Origin: Trichosphaerium sp. ATCC 40318
Taxonomy: Eukaryota > Protista > Tubulinea
Assembly (NCBI GenBank): GCA_038496445.1
Contig: JALMLS010000363.1
Coordinates: forward strand, 1 to 64,000
DNA: 64,000 nt
Direction of reading: 5' to 3'
Shown piece by piece: positions 63,101 through 64,000 of the stretch; positions within the stretch are counted from its first letter, which is position 1, and each line of letters opens with the position of its first letter. A program made the position numbers and the translations under genes. The notes beneath the pieces are model-generated. The model was not told the DNA's origin. It saw only the letters and a list, made by a program, of their open reading frames with translations, and ran no database searches.

Positions 63101-64000
63101 GCTGTCTTAGAAACTTAAAAAAATTGTAAAAAGTGCTAGGGATGCAAGGAAAAAGTCGGGAGAGGAAAAATTAGCACAAAATTTTCTACATACACTGAAA
63201 AAAAAAAAAGTTAATGTCACCACCACAGCCCATGTAATGCACCGTTTTTAATACAGTTTTGTGACAATGTGCGCTAATCATTAGAGAGTGGCGGCACTCA
63301 CAAAAGAATAATGAGAAACACCTCATGCTACGGTGATGGGCAAAAAGGTTCTTGGTCATACAGGGGATCGAACCCTGGACCCCCGCGTTATTAGCACGGT
63401 GCTCTAACCAGCTGAGCTATACGACCCAAGTTGTTATGAACAAAGTACTACCAACTCGAAGGATCCGTTACAATGCTCAAAATCAATCAAAAAGGAACGA
63501 AAAACGGAAAATTAAACTTATTGCTTAAATAAATGTATTGATGGAAAATGAAGCACGAACCACAAATGATTCTGATTAAAAGTAAATTTTGTTTTGGTCT
63601 TGTGCTGCTTTTCAAATTGTAACGCTACAAATTCTTTTCACATAAAACGCTCAAACTTACATTCATTTGCACGTGCGCTCACAAAATTGCTAAAAAAATA
63701 TGCTAAACAAACGTACTCTTGCTTGGTATTGCAAACCCAAAAACATGGCCAAATCAATACTACCAGAAGGATCAATAAACCCATGTTATCACAATGTGCT
63801 GGAAATTGTTCACACAACGAAATAGCTGCAACAACTTCATCTTGAGTGAATGGCTTCATATAAATGACAGTGTTAAACTGTTGGTCTAAAATAAACATCA
63901 AAAAAAGTTAACAATAATCAAACGATTAAACAAAGGCTATACTGCTGGTTGCCAAACGCACGTATTAAGTGAAGAAATTGCTGAAAAATATGCACTGGTG
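60130..64000 (-). CDS. NOL6: Nucleolar protein 6 / Utp22 (Nrap family), 5' end beyond window end
   Basis: 'VDKGPEP...YLQLWG....IRRFND', 'SHNWPKEKEALDNVKLAF', 'RLCRRWMSSQML', 'SPLNGFLRYLRFL...W...PLIVDF', 'LLVDFDPV', 'PNVFDIL...G..LI'. Apparent 1-nt frameshift near 63780. Confidence 0.9.
63353..63426 (-). tRNA. tRNA-Ile (anticodon AAT)
   Basis: GGTCGTATAGCTCAGCTGGTTAGAGCACCGTGCTAATAACGCGGGGGTCCAGGGTTCGATCCCCTGTATGACCA folds as a cloverleaf with A and B boxes; a T5 Pol III terminator follows. Confidence 0.95.

Noticed and set aside
63638-63790. Hydrophobic 'GLLILLVVLIWPCF' segment as a TM protein
   Set aside because: The alternative frame 'FIDPSG..DLA' matches NOL6 and splices in phase to the next exon.
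1-64000. Stop-codon reassignment as the cause of fragmented ORFs
   Set aside because: In the genes I spliced, stops fall inside GT-AG introns and exons join cleanly under the standard code.

Overview
Gene-dense, AT-rich, intron-rich eukaryotic nuclear DNA. Introns are mostly about 40-100 nt, GT-AG, often with GTACG/GTGCG donors and a CTAA/CTGAC branch close to the AG. The standard genetic code fits every gene model I spliced by hand. A Dictyostelium-type STAT suggests a non-animal protist, probably an amoebozoan (inference). Gene order: CNOT1 (3'-truncated by the window), a VPS9 GEF, a small hypothetical, an AIFM2/FSP1-like oxidoreductase, ascorbate peroxidase, a BRSK-like kinase, a DOCK-C/D GEF, an intronless BC-box/Cys ORF, a GDP-fucose transporter, STAT, a myristoylated EF-hand sensor, a hypothetical, DUOXA and DUOX, then an accessory stretch (F-box/LRR, tandem-domain protein, DUF1499, SGNH hydrolase, F-box/MORN, secreted Cys-rich protein, NEIL3-like glycosylase), an ABCG half-transporter and NOL6 (5'-truncated, with a tRNA-Ile in a long intron). 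Two signals stand out. (1) A complete animal-architecture dual oxidase lies head-to-head with its maturation factor DUOXA, start codons 128 bp apart, in an apparently non-animal genome. (2) The palindrome CACGTG is roughly 10-fold over-represented (about 67 copies by eye), often extended into longer perfect palindromes. Exon boundaries and counts are manual and need RNA-seq or computational confirmation.
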